Positions 22,431 to 34,112 of a DNA stretch of 43,104 nucleotides are shown here, one piece after another. The position numbers and the translations under genes were made by a program. Position 1 is the first letter of the stretch; the number at the start of each line of letters is the position of its first letter. The stretch lies in assembly GCF_003334385.1 (NCBI RefSeq), contig NZ_QOWN01000036.1. One strand, written 5' to 3'. The notes under the pieces were generated by a model. That model saw only the letters and a list, made by a program, of their open reading frames with translations. It was not told the origin of the DNA and did no database searches. This stretch comes from Escherichia coli. Lineage in GTDB: Bacteria > Pseudomonadota > Gammaproteobacteria > Enterobacterales > Enterobacteriaceae.

Positions 22431-23147
22431 TTACGCATTACGTTGCAACAACATCGACTTGATATGGCCGATGGCGCGCGTCGGGTTCAGCCCCTTCGGA
22501 CATACACTGACGCAGTTCATGATGCTGTGACAGCGGAATACGCTGAATGCATCACTCAAACCGTCGAGGCGGCTGTCAGTCTCGGTATCACGGCTATCAA
22601 TCAGGAAACGATATGCCGCTAACAAGCCTGCCGGGCCGATAAACTTATCGGGATTCCACCAGAAAGACGGACAAGAGGTTGAACAACATGCGCAGAGAAT
22701 ACATTCATACAGCCCGTCGAGTTTTTCGCGCTGCTCTGGCATCTGTAAATGCTCGCGAGCTGGCGGATTTTGTCCATTATTCAACAGGTAAGGCTTAATT
22801 TTCTCATATTGCGCATAGAATTGTCCCATGTCTACCACCAAATCGCGGATCACCGGTAAACCTGGCAGCGGGCGAATCACAATCTTCTTGCCCGGCTGGT
22901 TGAGTGCCGAAATCGGGGTAATACAGGCCAGACCATTCTTGCCGTTCATGTTCAGACCGTCGGAACCGCACACACCTTCACGGCAGGAGCGGCGGAACGA
23001 CAGGCTGGGATCTTTCTCTTTTAGCTGGATAAGCGCATCCAGCAGCATCATGTCGCGACCTTCATCCGCTTCCAGGGTGTAATCCTGCATACGCGGAGCA
23101 TCATCAACATCCGGGTTATAGCGATAAATTGAAAACTCGAGTCTCAT
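22431..23147 (-). CDS. sdhB: Succinate dehydrogenase iron-sulfur subunit
   Basis: 238-aa ORF with Cys clusters for 2Fe-2S/4Fe-4S/3Fe-4S centres. Confidence 0.95.
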   Translation of the reverse strand: MRLEFSIYRYNPDVDDAPRMQDYTLEADEGRDMMLLDALIQLKEKDPSLSFRRSCREGVCGSDGLNMNGKNGLACITPISALNQPGKKIVIRPLPGLPVIRDLVVDMGQFYAQYEKIKPYLLNNGQNPPAREHLQMPEQREKLDGLYECILCACCSTSCPSFWWNPDKFIGPAGLLAAYRFLIDSRDTETDSRLDGLSDAFSVFRCHSIMNCVSVCPKGLNPTRAIGHIKSMLLQRNA

Positions 23148-23162
23148 TTTCCTGTCTCCGCA

Positions 23163-24929
23163 TTAGTAAGTACGAATCTTCGGCGGGAATGCCGGGCGCA
23201 GTTTCGGTTCCATGTTGACGCTTCGGCGCGTCATGGATTCCGACTCTGGCAGATACAGGGAGTGGCACAGCCAGTTTTCATCATCACGATCCGGGAAGTC
23301 GAAGCGGCTATGCGCGCCACGGCTTTCGGTACGGAAGTTGGCAGAAACAGCCGTTGCATACGCCGTTTCCATCAGGTTATCCAGTTCCAGGCACTCAACG
23401 CGCTGGGTGTTGAACTCGCTGGAAGTGTCATCCAGACGGGCATTTTTCAGACGCTCGCGGATCACTTTCAACTGCTCAAGCCCTTTCGCCATCGCATCAC
23501 CTTCACGGAAGACCGAGAAGTTATGCTGCATACATTCTTGCAGCGCTTTACGGATCGCCACCGGATCTTCACCGTTACGATTATTGTTCCAGCGGTTCAG
23601 GCGATCCAGAGACGCTTCAACATCAGACTCGCTGGCATCGCGCAGTGCGCCCTGCTCGGCGATAGACTCTTGCAGATGCAGACCTGCCGCGCGACCAAAG
23701 ACCACCAGGTCCAGCAGCGAGTTGCCGCCCAGACGGTTAGCGCCGTGTACCGATACACAAGCGATTTCACCAACGGCAAACAGTCCCGGAACAACCACAT
23801 CTTCGCCTTTCTCATTCACAGTCAGCGCCTGACCGGTAACTTTGGTCGGAATACCGCCCATCATGTAGTGACAGGTTGGGATAACCGGAATCGGCTCTTT
23901 CACCGGATCGACGTGAGCGAAGGTACGGGAAAGCTCCAGGATACCCGGCAGACGGGATTCGAGAACTTCTTTACCCAGGTGATCGAGTTTCAGTTTCGCG
24001 TGTGGCCCCCACGGACCATCACAGCCGCGACCTTCACGGATTTCGATCATGATGGAACGCGCAACCACGTCACGGCCCGCCAGGTCTTTGGCGTTCGGCG
24101 CATAACGCTCCATAAAACGTTCGCCATGTTTGTTCAGCAGATAACCGCCTTCACCACGGCAACCTTCGGTGACCAGTACGCCCGCACCGGCAATGCCGGT
24201 CGGGTGGAACTGCCACATTTCCATATCCTGCACCGGTACGCCGGCACGGATAGCCATGCCGACACCGTCGCCGGTGTTAATGTGGGCGTTGGTGGTGGAC
24301 TGATAAATACGCCCTGCTCCGCCAGTCGCCAGCACGGTAGCGCGGGCTTTGAAATAAACCACTTCACCGGTTTCGATGCACAGTGCGGTACAACCCACCA
24401 CCGCGCCATCCTGGTTTTTCACCAGATCCAGCGCATACCACTCGGAGAAAATGGTGGTGTGGTTTTTCAGGTTCTGCTGATAAAGCGTGTGCAACAGTGC
24501 GTGACCGGTACGGTCAGCTGCTGCCGCAGTGCGTGCCGCCTGCTCGCCGCCGAAGTTTTTCGACTGACCGCCAAACGGACGTTGATAGATACGACCATCA
24601 TCGAGACGCGAGAACGGCAGGCCCATGTGTTCGAGTTCCAGAATCGCTTCCGGCCCGGTTTTACACATATATTCAATCGCGTCCTGGTCACCGATATAGT
24701 CCGACCCTTTCACGGTGTCGTACATATGCCATTCCCAGTTATCTTCATGGGTATTACCCAGCGCAACGGTAATGCCGCCTTGCGCAGAAACGGTATGGGA
24801 ACGGGTCGGGAAGACTTTAGAGAGCAGCGCACAGGTCTGGCCGCTCTGGGAAATTTGCAGCGCCGCGCGCATACCTGCGCCACCGGCACCAATCACAACT
24901 GCATCAAATTCTCTGACTGGCAATTTCAT
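23163..24929 (-). CDS. sdhA: Succinate dehydrogenase flavoprotein subunit
   Basis: 588 aa from [24 protein letters not shown] (FAD-binding GxGxxG); the track ORF adds 4 upstream codons. 1-nt stop/start overlap with sdhD. Confidence 0.95.
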   Translation of the reverse strand: MKLPVREFDAVVIGAGGAGMRAALQISQSGQTCALLSKVFPTRSHTVSAQGGITVALGNTHEDNWEWHMYDTVKGSDYIGDQDAIEYMCKTGPEAILELEHMGLPFSRLDDGRIYQRPFGGQSKNFGGEQAARTAAAADRTGHALLHTLYQQNLKNHTTIFSEWYALDLVKNQDGAVVGCTALCIETGEVVYFKARATVLATGGAGRIYQSTTNAHINTGDGVGMAIRAGVPVQDMEMWQFHPTGIAGAGVLVTEGCRGEGGYLLNKHGERFMERYAPNAKDLAGRDVVARSIMIEIREGRGCDGPWGPHAKLKLDHLGKEVLESRLPGILELSRTFAHVDPVKEPIPVIPTCHYMMGGIPTKVTGQALTVNEKGEDVVVPGLFAVGEIACVSVHGANRLGGNSLLDLVVFGRAAGLHLQESIAEQGALRDASESDVEASLDRLNRWNNNRNGEDPVAIRKALQECMQHNFSVFREGDAMAKGLEQLKVIRERLKNARLDDTSSEFNTQRVECLELDNLMETAYATAVSANFRTESRGAHSRFDFPDRDDENWLCHSLYLPESESMTRRSVNMEPKLRPAFPPKIRTY

Positions 24930-25276
24930 CACACACCCCACACCACAACGAATCCATAAATCACGTAAACCACCAGTGCAACGACAATCACCAGTTGCAG
25001 CATCAGGCGCAAAGCCAGCGGTTTAACGTAGTCGGTCAACACCTGCCACATGCCGATCCAGGCATGGATCAAGATAGAAAACAGCGCCAGCAGGGTGAAC
25101 ACTTTGGTGAACGCAGAGGCGAAGAAACCGATCCAGACTTCATATGTCAGCTCGCCACTGGTAGCGAAAAAACCGACCATATAAATGATGTAGAGCGTCA
25201 GAACGATAGCGGTAGCGCGAACGAGGATGAAATCATGTACGCCATTGCGTCCTAATGCGGAGGCGTTGCTTACCAT
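24929..25276 (-). CDS. sdhD: Succinate dehydrogenase membrane anchor subunit
   Basis: 115-aa hydrophobic ORF between sdhC and sdhA. Confidence 0.93.
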
Positions 25277-25659
25277 ACGAGGACTCCTGCGAGAAGTGAA
25301 AGCACGACAGTAATAACAAAGGAGATTTTGGCGGAGCGTTTACCCGCTTCGAATGTTTCTTCCAGATAGCCAAAATCCATCATCATGTGGCGAATACCTA
25401 CGACGACGTGATACGCCAGAGCGGTAAGGATGCCCCACATGATAAATTTGACGAAGAAGCTGCCCATAATCGCGGAAGCTTGCTCGAAACCTTCAGGGGA
25501 AGAGAGGCTGGTACCCAGAAGCCACAGCAGGATGCCCACTGCAACAAAGGTGATCACACCGGAAACGCGATGGAGAATGGACGCTATCGCCGTGATGGGG
25601 AACCGGATGGTCTGTAGGTCCAGATTAACAGGTCTTTGTTTTTTCACATTTCTTATCAT
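25270..25659 (-). CDS. sdhC: Succinate dehydrogenase cytochrome b556 subunit
   Basis: 129 aa from [31 protein letters not shown]; the track ORF has a 5-codon upstream extension. Confidence 0.9.
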
Positions 25660-26367
25660 GAATAACGCCCACATGCTGTTCTTATTATTCCCTGGGGACT
25701 ACGGGCACAGAGGTTAACTTTCTGTTACCTGGAGACGTCGGGATTTCCTTCCTCCGGTCTGCTTGCGGGTCAGACAGCGTCCTTTCTATAACTGCGCGTC
25801 ATGCAAAACACTGCTTCCAGATGCGAAAACGACACGTTACAACGCTGGGTGGCTCGGGATTGCAGGGTGTTCCGGAGACCTGGCGGCAGTATAGGCTGTT
25901 CACAAAATCATTACAATTAACCTACATATAGTTTGTCGGGTTTTATCCTGAACAGTGATCCAGGTCACGATAACAACATTTATTTAATTTTTAATCATCT
26001 AATTTGACAATCATTCAACAAAGTTGTTACAAACATTACCAGGAAAAGCATATAATGCGTAAAAGTTATGAAGTCGGTATTTCACCTAAGATTAACTTAT
26101 GTAACAGTGTGGAAGTATTGACCAATTCATTCGGGACAGTTATTAGTGGTAGACAAGTTTAATAATTCGGATTGCTAAGTACTTGATTCGCCATTTATTC
26201 GTCATCAATGGATCCTTTACCTGCAAGCGCCCAGAGCTCTGTACCCAGGTTTTCCCCTCTTTCACAGAGCGGCGAGCCAAATAAAAAACGGGTAAAGCCA
26301 GGTTGATGTGCGAAGGCAAATTTAAGTTCCGGCAGTCTTACGCAATAAGGCGCTAAGGAGACCTTAA
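25660..26367. promoter_or_regulatory. Divergent sdhC / gltA control region
   Basis: 708-bp AT-rich spacer between divergently oriented sdhC and gltA; known to carry promoters for both under ArcA/CRP/FNR control, and the sdhC leader is an sRNA target. Individual sites not mapped here. Confidence 0.6.
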
Positions 26368-27651
26368 ATGGCTGATACAAAAGCAAAACTCACCCTCAAC
26401 GGGGATACAGCTGTTGAACTGGATGTGCTGAAAGGCACGCTGGGTCAAGATGTTATTGATATCCGTACTCTCGGTTCAAAAGGTGTGTTCACCTTTGACC
26501 CAGGCTTCACTTCAACCGCATCCTGCGAATCTAAAATTACTTTTATTGATGGTGATGAAGGTATTTTGCTGCACCGCGGTTTCCCGATCGATCAGCTGGC
26601 GACCGATTCTAACTACCTGGAAGTTTGTTACATCCTGCTGAATGGTGAAAAACCGACTCAGGAACAGTATGACGAATTTAAAACTACGGTGACCCGTCAT
26701 ACCATGATCCACGAGCAGATTACCCGTCTGTTCCATGCTTTCCGTCGCGACTCGCATCCAATGGCAGTCATGTGTGGTATTACCGGCGCGCTGGCGGCGT
26801 TCTATCACGACTCGCTGGATGTTAACAATCCTCGTCACCGTGAAATTGCCGCGTTCCGCCTGCTGTCGAAAATGCCGACCATGGCCGCGATGTGTTACAA
26901 GTATTCCATTGGTCAGCCATTTGTTTACCCGCGCAACGATCTCTCCTACGCCGGTAACTTCCTGAATATGATGTTCTCCACGCCGTGCGAACCGTATGAA
27001 GTTAATCCGATTCTGGAACGTGCTATGGACCGTATTCTGATCCTGCACGCTGACCATGAACAGAACGCCTCTACCTCCACCGTGCGTACCGCTGGCTCTT
27101 CGGGTGCGAACCCGTTTGCCTGTATCGCAGCAGGTATTGCTTCACTGTGGGGACCTGCGCACGGCGGTGCTAACGAAGCGGCGCTGAAAATGCTGGAAGA
27201 AATCAGCTCCGTTAAACACATTCCGGAATTTGTTCGTCGTGCGAAAGACAAAAATGATTCTTTCCGCCTGATGGGCTTCGGTCACCGCGTGTACAAAAAT
27301 TACGACCCGCGCGCCACCGTAATGCGTGAAACCTGCCATGAAGTGCTGAAAGAGCTGGGCACGAAGGATGACCTGCTGGAAGTGGCTATGGAGCTGGAAA
27401 ACATCGCGCTGAACGACCCGTACTTTATCGAGAAGAAACTGTACCCGAACGTCGATTTCTACTCTGGTATCATCCTGAAAGCGATGGGTATTCCGTCTTC
27501 CATGTTCACCGTCATTTTCGCAATGGCACGTACCGTTGGCTGGATCGCCCACTGGAGCGAAATGCACAGTGACGGTATGAAGATTGCCCGTCCGCGTCAG
27601 CTGTATACAGGATATGAAAAACGCGACTTTAAAAGCGATATCAAGCGTTAA
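26368..27651 (+). CDS. gltA: Citrate synthase (type II)
   Basis: 427-aa ORF ([47 protein letters not shown]...) with strong Shine-Dalgarno (aaggag). Confidence 0.96.
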   Translation: MADTKAKLTLNGDTAVELDVLKGTLGQDVIDIRTLGSKGVFTFDPGFTSTASCESKITFIDGDEGILLHRGFPIDQLATDSNYLEVCYILLNGEKPTQEQYDEFKTTVTRHTMIHEQITRLFHAFRRDSHPMAVMCGITGALAAFYHDSLDVNNPRHREIAAFRLLSKMPTMAAMCYKYSIGQPFVYPRNDLSYAGNFLNMMFSTPCEPYEVNPILERAMDRILILHADHEQNASTSTVRTAGSSGANPFACIAAGIASLWGPAHGGANEAALKMLEEISSVKHIPEFVRRAKDKNDSFRLMGFGHRVYKNYDPRATVMRETCHEVLKELGTKDDLLEVAMELENIALNDPYFIEKKLYPNVDFYSGIILKAMGIPSSMFTVIFAMARTVGWIAHWSEMHSDGMKIARPRQLYTGYEKRDFKSDIKR

Positions 27652-27679
27652 TGGTTGATTGCTAAGTTGTAAATATTTT

Positions 27680-27712
27680 AACCCGCCGTTCATATGGCGG
27701 GTTGATTTTTAT
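27680..27712 (+). terminator. Intrinsic terminator of gltA
   Basis: cccgcc-gttcatat-ggcggg hairpin followed by ttgattttta, about 30 nt after the gltA stop. Confidence 0.6.
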
Positions 27713-28039
27713 ATGCCTAAACACAAAAATTGTAAAAATAAAATCCATTAACAGACCTATATAGATATTTAAAAAGAATAGAACAGCTCAAATTATCAGC
27801 AACCCAATACTTTCAATTAAAAACGTCATGGTAGTCGCATTTATAACCCTATGAAAATGACGTCTATCTATACCCCCCTATATTTTATTCATCATACAAC
27901 AAATTCATGATACCAATAATTTAGTTTTGCATTTAATAAAACTAACAATATTTTTAAGCAAAACTAAAAACTAGCAATAATCAAATACGATATTCTGGCG
28001 TAGCTATACCCCTATTCTATATCCTTAAAGGACTCTGTT
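27713..28039 (+). promoter_or_regulatory. Strongly AT-rich upstream region of the ybgD fimbrial operon (candidate H-NS-silenced promoter)
   Basis: About 330 bp dominated by A/T runs, contrasting with the flanking gltA coding sequence; the ybgD Shine-Dalgarno (aaagga) is at its 3' end. Confidence 0.4.
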
Positions 28040-28606
28040 ATGTTTAAAGGACAAAAAACATTGGCCGCACTGGCCGTATCTCTGCTGTTCACTGCACCTG
28101 TTTATGCTGCTGATGAAGGTTCTGGCGAAATTCACTTTAAGGGGGAGGTTATTGAAGCACCTTGTGAAATTCATCCAGAAGATATTGATAAAAACATAGA
28201 TCTTGGACAAGTCACGACAACCCATATAAACCGGGAGCATCATAGCAATAAAGTGGCCGTCGACATTCGCTTGATCAACTGTGATCTGCCTGCTTCTGAC
28301 AACGGTAGCGGAATGCCGGTATCCAAAGTTGGCGTAACCTTCGATAGCACGGCTAAGACAACTGGTGCTACGCCTTTGTTGAGCAACACCAGTGCAGGCG
28401 AAGCAACTGGGGTCGGTGTACGACTGATGGACAAAAATGACGGTAACATCGTATTAGGTTCAGCCGCGCCAGATCTTGACCTGGATGCAAGCTCATCAGA
28501 ACAGACGCTGAACTTTTTCGCCTGGATGGAACAAATTGATAATGCAGTCGATGTCACGGCAGGTGAAGTAACCGCTAACGCAACCTACGTGCTGGATTAT
28601 AAATAA
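28040..28606 (+). CDS. ybgD: Fimbrial major subunit-like protein YbgD
   Basis: 188-aa ORF with signal peptide (MFKGQKTLAALAVSLLFTAPVYA) and a C-terminal beta-strand typical of pilins. Confidence 0.9.
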   Translation: MFKGQKTLAALAVSLLFTAPVYAADEGSGEIHFKGEVIEAPCEIHPEDIDKNIDLGQVTTTHINREHHSNKVAVDIRLINCDLPASDNGSGMPVSKVGVTFDSTAKTTGATPLLSNTSAGEATGVGVRLMDKNDGNIVLGSAAPDLDLDASSSEQTLNFFAWMEQIDNAVDVTAGEVTANATYVLDYK

Positions 28607-28616
28607 GTATTATTTT

Positions 28617-28637
28617 GGCGGCATCATCGCCGCCTTT
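28617..28637 (+). terminator. GC-rich hairpin between ybgD and ybgQ (candidate partial terminator/attenuator)
   Basis: ggcggc-atcatc-gccgcc followed by ttt, 11 nt after the ybgD stop. Confidence 0.35.
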
Positions 28638-28656
28638 CATAAAATATTTATCAGGT

Positions 28657-31113
28657 ATGGACACCGTGAATATTTATCGACTCTCTTTTGTATCCTGCCT
28701 GGTCATGGCGATGCCTTGCGCAATGGCGGTCGAATTCAATCTGAATGTTCTCGATAAATCAATGCGCGACCGCATTGATATTTCATTATTAAAGGAAAAA
28801 GGAGTCATTGCTCCCGGTGAATATTTTGTTAGCGTTGCGGTGAATAACAACAAAATCAGTAATGGGCAAAAAATTAACTGGCAAAAAAAGGGTGACAAAA
28901 CCATTCCATGCATCAATGATTCACTGGTCGATAAATTTGGTTTAAAACCAGATATCCGTCAGTCCTTGCCACAGATAGATCGGTGTATTGATTTCAGTTC
29001 CCGACCTGAAATGCTCTTCAATTTCGATCAAGCCAATCAGCAACTGAATATTAGTATTCCGCAAGCCTGGCTGGCGTGGCACTCAGAAAACTGGGCTCCC
29101 CCCTCTACATGGAAAGAAGGTGTTGCCGGTGTCCTGATGGATTACAACTTGTTTGCCAGCAGCTACCGCCCACAGGACGGCAGCAGCAGCACTAACCTGA
29201 ATGCCTACGGTACCGCCGGAATTAACGCCGGGGCATGGCGCTTACGCAGTGATTACCAGCTTAATAAGACCGATAGCGAAGATAACCATGACCAGTCAGG
29301 CGGAATATCGCGCACCTATCTTTTTCGTCCATTACCGCAATTAGGCTCTAAGTTAACCCTCGGCGAAACCGATTTCAGTTCCAATATTTTCGATGGTTTT
29401 TCTTATACCGGCGCGGCACTGGCGAGTGACGATCGAATGTTACCGTGGGAGCTGCGTGGCTACGCCCCACAAATTAGCGGTATTGCACAGACCAATGCCA
29501 CGGTGACGATCAGTCAATCAGGCCGCGTCATTTACCAGAAAAAAGTCCCGCCAGGCCCGTTTATTATTGATGACCTCAATCAGTCTGTTCAGGGCACGCT
29601 GGATGTCAAAGTGACGGAAGAAGATGGTCGGGTGAACAATTTCCAGGTTTCGGCAGCATCGACGCCCTTCCTGACTCGCCAGGGACAGGTTCGCTATAAA
29701 TTGGCCGCGGGTCAGCCACGGCCTTCCATGTCACATCAAACTGAAAATGAAACCTTTTTTAGCAATGAAGTTTCCTGGGGGATGCTCTCAAACACCTCGC
29801 TGTACGGCGGCCTGCTGATTTCTGATGATGACTACCATTCTGCCGCAATGGGTATCGGGCAAAATATGCTGTGGCTTGGCGCACTGTCCTTTGATGTCAC
29901 CTGGGCCAGTAGCCATTTTGATACTCAGCAGGACGAGCGGGGCTTAAGCTACCGTTTTAATTACAGCAAACAAGTGGATGCCACCAACAGCACGATTTCG
30001 CTCGCCGCTTATCGCTTCTCAGATCGTCATTTTCACAGCTACGCCAACTATCTGGATCACAAATACAACGACAGCGATGCGCAGGACGAAAAACAGACGA
30101 TCAGCTTATCCGTGGGCCAACCGATTACCCCACTAAACCTCAATCTTTACGCCAACCTGCTACATCAAACCTGGTGGAATGCAGACGCCTCCACGACCGC
30201 CAACATCACAGCAGGTTTTAATGTTGATATTGGTGACTGGAGAGATATCTCGATTTCGACGTCATTCAATACGACCCACTACGAAGATAAAGATCGCGAC
30301 AACCAGATTTATCTGTCGATTTCGCTCCCCTTCGGTAACGGTGGTCGGGTTGGCTATGACATGCAAAACAGTAGCCACAGCACCATACACCGCATGTCGT
30401 GGAACGATACGCTGGATGAACGTAATAGCTGGGGCATGTCTGCCGGACTGCAATCCGATCGTCCGGACAATGGAGCCCAGGTGAGCGGTAACTATCAGCA
30501 CCTGAGTTCAGCGGGTGAGTGGGATATTTCTGGTACCTATGCCGCCAGTGATTACAGTTCCGTCAGCAGCAGCTGGAGCGGTTCTTTCACCGCAACCCAA
30601 TATGGTGCAGCATTTCATCGCCGCAGCTCCACCAATGAACCACGCCTGATGGTCAGCACCGATGGCGTGGCAGATATTCCGGTTCAGGGCAATCTCGACT
30701 ACACCAACCATTTTGGCATTGCGGTGGTGCCGTTGATTTCCAGTTACCAGCCTTCCACCGTGGCGGTGAACATGAATGACTTACCCGACGGCGTAACAGT
30801 TGCAGAAAACGTCATCAAGGAAACATGGATTGAAGGCGCGATAGGTTACAAATCACTGGCTTCCCGTTCCGGTAAAGACGTTAACGTCATCATACGCAAC
30901 GCCAGCGGTCAGTTCCCTCCCCTCGGTGCGGATATCCGCCAGGATGACAGCGGCATTAGCGTGGGTATGGTTGGCGAGGAAGGACATGCCTGGTTAAGCG
31001 GTGTCGCTGAAAATCAACTGTTTACCGTGGTCTGGGGTGAGCAAAGCTGCATTATTCATCTGCCAGAACGTCTGGAAGACACGACCAAACGCCTGATTTT
31101 ACCTTGTCATTAA
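28657..31113 (+). CDS. ybgQ: Fimbrial outer-membrane usher YbgQ
   Basis: Large ORF with usher-family features; start ambiguous: ATG at 28657 (818 aa), GTG at 28666 (815 aa), or the track ATG at 28615, which lies inside the hairpin. Confidence 0.88.
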   Translation: MDTVNIYRLSFVSCLVMAMPCAMAVEFNLNVLDKSMRDRIDISLLKEKGVIAPGEYFVSVAVNNNKISNGQKINWQKKGDKTIPCINDSLVDKFGLKPDIRQSLPQIDRCIDFSSRPEMLFNFDQANQQLNISIPQAWLAWHSENWAPPSTWKEGVAGVLMDYNLFASSYRPQDGSSSTNLNAYGTAGINAGAWRLRSDYQLNKTDSEDNHDQSGGISRTYLFRPLPQLGSKLTLGETDFSSNIFDGFSYTGAALASDDRMLPWELRGYAPQISGIAQTNATVTISQSGRVIYQKKVPPGPFIIDDLNQSVQGTLDVKVTEEDGRVNNFQVSAASTPFLTRQGQVRYKLAAGQPRPSMSHQTENETFFSNEVSWGMLSNTSLYGGLLISDDDYHSAAMGIGQNMLWLGALSFDVTWASSHFDTQQDERGLSYRFNYSKQVDATNSTISLAAYRFSDRHFHSYANYLDHKYNDSDAQDEKQTISLSVGQPITPLNLNLYANLLHQTWWNADASTTANITAGFNVDIGDWRDISISTSFNTTHYEDKDRDNQIYLSISLPFGNGGRVGYDMQNSSHSTIHRMSWNDTLDERNSWGMSAGLQSDRPDNGAQVSGNYQHLSSAGEWDISGTYAASDYSSVSSSWSGSFTATQYGAAFHRRSSTNEPRLMVSTDGVADIPVQGNLDYTNHFGIAVVPLISSYQPSTVAVNMNDLPDGVTVAENVIKETWIEGAIGYKSLASRSGKDVNVIIRNASGQFPPLGADIRQDDSGISVGMVGEEGHAWLSGVAENQLFTVVWGEQSCIIHLPERLEDTTKRLILPCH

Positions 31114-31127
31114 TTAAGGAAAAGAGA

Positions 31128-31856
31128 ATGACATTTATTAAAGGATTACCCTTAATGTTGTTAACCATCAGCTTGGGTTGCAATGCTGCGGTGCAACCCG
31201 ATCGCACACGCATTGTGTTTAACGCCAATGACAAAGCCACCAGCCTGCGTATCGAAAACCAAAGTGACAAACTGCCTTATCTTGCTTATTCCTGGATAGA
31301 AAATGAAAAAGGGGAGAAAAGCGATGCTCTTCTGGTCGCTTTGCCCCCTATTCAACGTCTGGAACCGAAAGCGACATCGCAGGTGCGGGTTGTGAAACAA
31401 GCCTCAACCACACAATTACCTGGCGATCGCGAAACGCTATTTTTCTACAATATGCGCGAAATTCCTCCCGCTCCGGATAAAAGCAGCGACCATGCGATAC
31501 TTCAGGTCGCTATTCAAAGTCGTATTAAATTGTTCTGGCGACCGGCTGCATTACGCAAGAAAGCAGGAGAAAAGGTCGAACTGCAGTTACAGGTCAGCCA
31601 GCAGGGCAACCAACTGACACTGAAAAATCCTACCGCGTATTATCTGACCATTGCCTATCTGGGGAGAAATGAAAAAGGCGTTCTCCCAGGCTTCAAAACC
31701 GTGATGGTTGCACCTTTTAGTACGGTCAACACAAACACCGGAAGTTATAGCGGCAGCCAGTTTTATCTCGGTTACATGGATGATTACGGCGCATTACGCA
31801 TGACGACGCTCAACTGCAGCGGACAATGCCGTTTACAAGCAGTGGAGGCGAAATGA
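31128..31856 (+). CDS. ybgP: Fimbrial periplasmic chaperone YbgP (PapD-like)
   Basis: 242 aa from [20 protein letters not shown] with a good Shine-Dalgarno (aaggaaaagag); the track ORF adds 8 upstream codons. Confidence 0.9.
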   Translation: MTFIKGLPLMLLTISLGCNAAVQPDRTRIVFNANDKATSLRIENQSDKLPYLAYSWIENEKGEKSDALLVALPPIQRLEPKATSQVRVVKQASTTQLPGDRETLFFYNMREIPPAPDKSSDHAILQVAIQSRIKLFWRPAALRKKAGEKVELQLQVSQQGNQLTLKNPTAYYLTIAYLGRNEKGVLPGFKTVMVAPFSTVNTNTGSYSGSQFYLGYMDDYGALRMTTLNCSGQCRLQAVEAK

Positions 31857-32914
31857 GTGCTGGCAAGGGATTGTTGCTCGTCATCTGCCTGTTATTTCTG
31901 CCGTTGAAGTCTGCAATGGCGCTGAACTGCTATTTTGGTACATCTGGTGGCGCAGTAGAAAAATCAGAAGCGATTCAACCGTTTGCTGTACCAGGCAATG
32001 CCAAACCCGGTGATAAGATCTGGGAATCTGACGATATTAAAATTCCCGTCTATTGTGACAACAATACCAACGGCAACTTTGAAAGCGAGCATGTCTACGC
32101 CTGGGTAAACCCCTATCCGGGGGTGCAGGATCGTTATTATCAACTCGGCGTGACATACAACGGTGTCGATTACGATGCCAGTCTGGGAAAAAGTCGCATC
32201 GACACTAACCAGTGTATCGACAGTAAGAACATTGATATTTATACCCCTGAGCAGATCATCGCGATGGGATGGCAGAACAAAATTTGCTCGGGCGATCCCG
32301 CTAATATTCATATGTCGCGTACCTTTCTCGCTCGCATGCGGTTATACGTCAAAATACGAGAAATGCCGCCGCATGATTATCAAAGTACGCTTAGCGACTA
32401 TATCGTCGTGCAATTTGACGGTGCCGGTAGCGTTAACGAAGACCCTACTGCCCAAAACCTGAAATATCATATTACTGGTCTGGAAAACATTCGCGTGCTG
32501 GATTGCAGCGTCAATTTTTCCATTTCACCGGAAACACAGGTGATTGATTTTGGTAAATTTAATTTGCTGGATATACGTCGCCACACAATGTCGAAAACGT
32601 TCAGTATTAAAACGACCAAGAGCCAAAACGATCAATGCACCGACGGATTTAAAGTCAGTTCCTCCTTTTATACCGAAGAAACGTTGGTTGAAGAAGATAA
32701 AGCATTGTTGATTGGTAATGGTCTGAAGCTACGTTTACTGGATGAAAACGCCTCGCCTTATACCTTCAATAAATATGCTGAATACGCCGATTTCACCAGT
32801 GACATGTTGGTCTACGAAAAAACCTATACGGCTGAACTTTCGTCCATTCCAGGCACCCCCATCGAGGCTGGCCCCTTCGATACAGTGGTGCTTTTTAAGA
32901 TTAACTATAACTGA
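31853..32914 (+). CDS. ybgO: Fimbrial adhesin-like protein YbgO
   Basis: 353 aa from [23 protein letters not shown]; ATGA overlap with the ybgP stop; operon-terminal position typical of tip adhesins. Confidence 0.88.
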   Translation: MSAGKGLLLVICLLFLPLKSAMALNCYFGTSGGAVEKSEAIQPFAVPGNAKPGDKIWESDDIKIPVYCDNNTNGNFESEHVYAWVNPYPGVQDRYYQLGVTYNGVDYDASLGKSRIDTNQCIDSKNIDIYTPEQIIAMGWQNKICSGDPANIHMSRTFLARMRLYVKIREMPPHDYQSTLSDYIVVQFDGAGSVNEDPTAQNLKYHITGLENIRVLDCSVNFSISPETQVIDFGKFNLLDIRRHTMSKTFSIKTTKSQNDQCTDGFKVSSSFYTEETLVEEDKALLIGNGLKLRLLDENASPYTFNKYAEYADFTSDMLVYEKTYTAELSSIPGTPIEAGPFDTVVLFKINYN

Positions 32915-33065
32915 TTTACCATGATGCCCTTTGCCGCCGGAAAGGGCATCTCTTTCAGAAAATTGCTGATTTTCCCCTTTTCCTTGATTGCTGTTATTTT
33001 TTCCTGGCCCAGCTTTCTTTATGCTGTATCGATACACCAAAGAGAAAATAATGAGGGAGCGAAGG

Positions 33066-34112
33066 ATGCCAGTTTTGCAGTGGGGAATGTTATGTGTGCT
33101 ATCACTTCTCCTTTCTATTGGTTTCCTCGCGGTACATCTCCCGGCGGCGCTATTACTTGGGCCGATGATCGCCGGGATCATCTTTAGTATGCGCGGAATT
33201 ACTCTGCAACTTCCCCGCTCTGCTTTTCTCGCCGCCCAGGCCATTCTTGGCTGCATGATTGCGCAAAACCTCACTGGTTCGATTCTCACCACCCTGGCCG
33301 TCAACTGGCCGATCGTGCTTGCAATTTTACTGGTAACGCTGCTTTCCAGCGCCATTGTGGGTTGGTTATTGGTGCGCTATAGCTCATTGCCTGGAAATAC
33401 CGGTGCCTGGGGCTCCTCTCCTGGCGGCGCGGCGGCAATGGTCGCTATGGCGCAAGATTACGGCGCAGATATTCGCCTGGTGGCGTTTATGCAATATCTG
33501 CGAGTGCTGTTCGTCGCGGGGGCCGCTGTTCTGGTCACCCGCATGATGCTGGGCGATAACGCTGAAGCGGTTAACCAGCATATCGTCTGGTTCCCGCCAG
33601 TGAGCATTAATCTCCTGCTTACTATTTTGCTCGCGGTCGTTGCCGGTACAGTGGGATGCCTGCTGCGTCTTCCTTCCGGCACGATGCTCATCCCGATGCT
33701 GGCGGGCGCAGTGCTCCAGTCTGGTCAGCTCATCACCATCGAACTACCGGAATGGCTGCTGGCGATGGCGTATATGGCAATTGGCTGGCGGATTGGTCTT
33801 GGTTTCGATAAACAAATCTTACTGCGGGCACTACGCCCGCTACCGCAAATCCTGCTGTCGATTTTTGCTCTGCTGGCTATTTGTGCGGGTATGGCGTGGG
33901 GGCTGACCCGGTTTATGCACATTGATTTTATGACTGCCTACCTCGCCACCAGCCCCGGCGGGCTTGATACCGTGGCGGTCATCGCCGCAGGGAGCAATGC
34001 CGATATGGCGCTCATTATGGCGATGCAAACCCTACGCCTGTTCAGTATTTTGCTGACAGGGCCTGCCATTGCGCGGTTTATTTCAACCTATGCGCCGAAG
34101 CGGTCGGCCTAG
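33066..34112 (+). CDS. abrB: Membrane protein AbrB (AbrB-duplication family, putative regulator of aidB)
   Basis: 348 aa from [20 protein letters not shown]; polytopic membrane protein; the track ORF adds 26 upstream codons. Confidence 0.88.

Noticed and set aside
23262-24959. 565-aa plus-strand ORF antisense to sdhA
   Set aside because: Same antisense artefact; no start context or domain-like sequence, and it fully overlaps sdhA.
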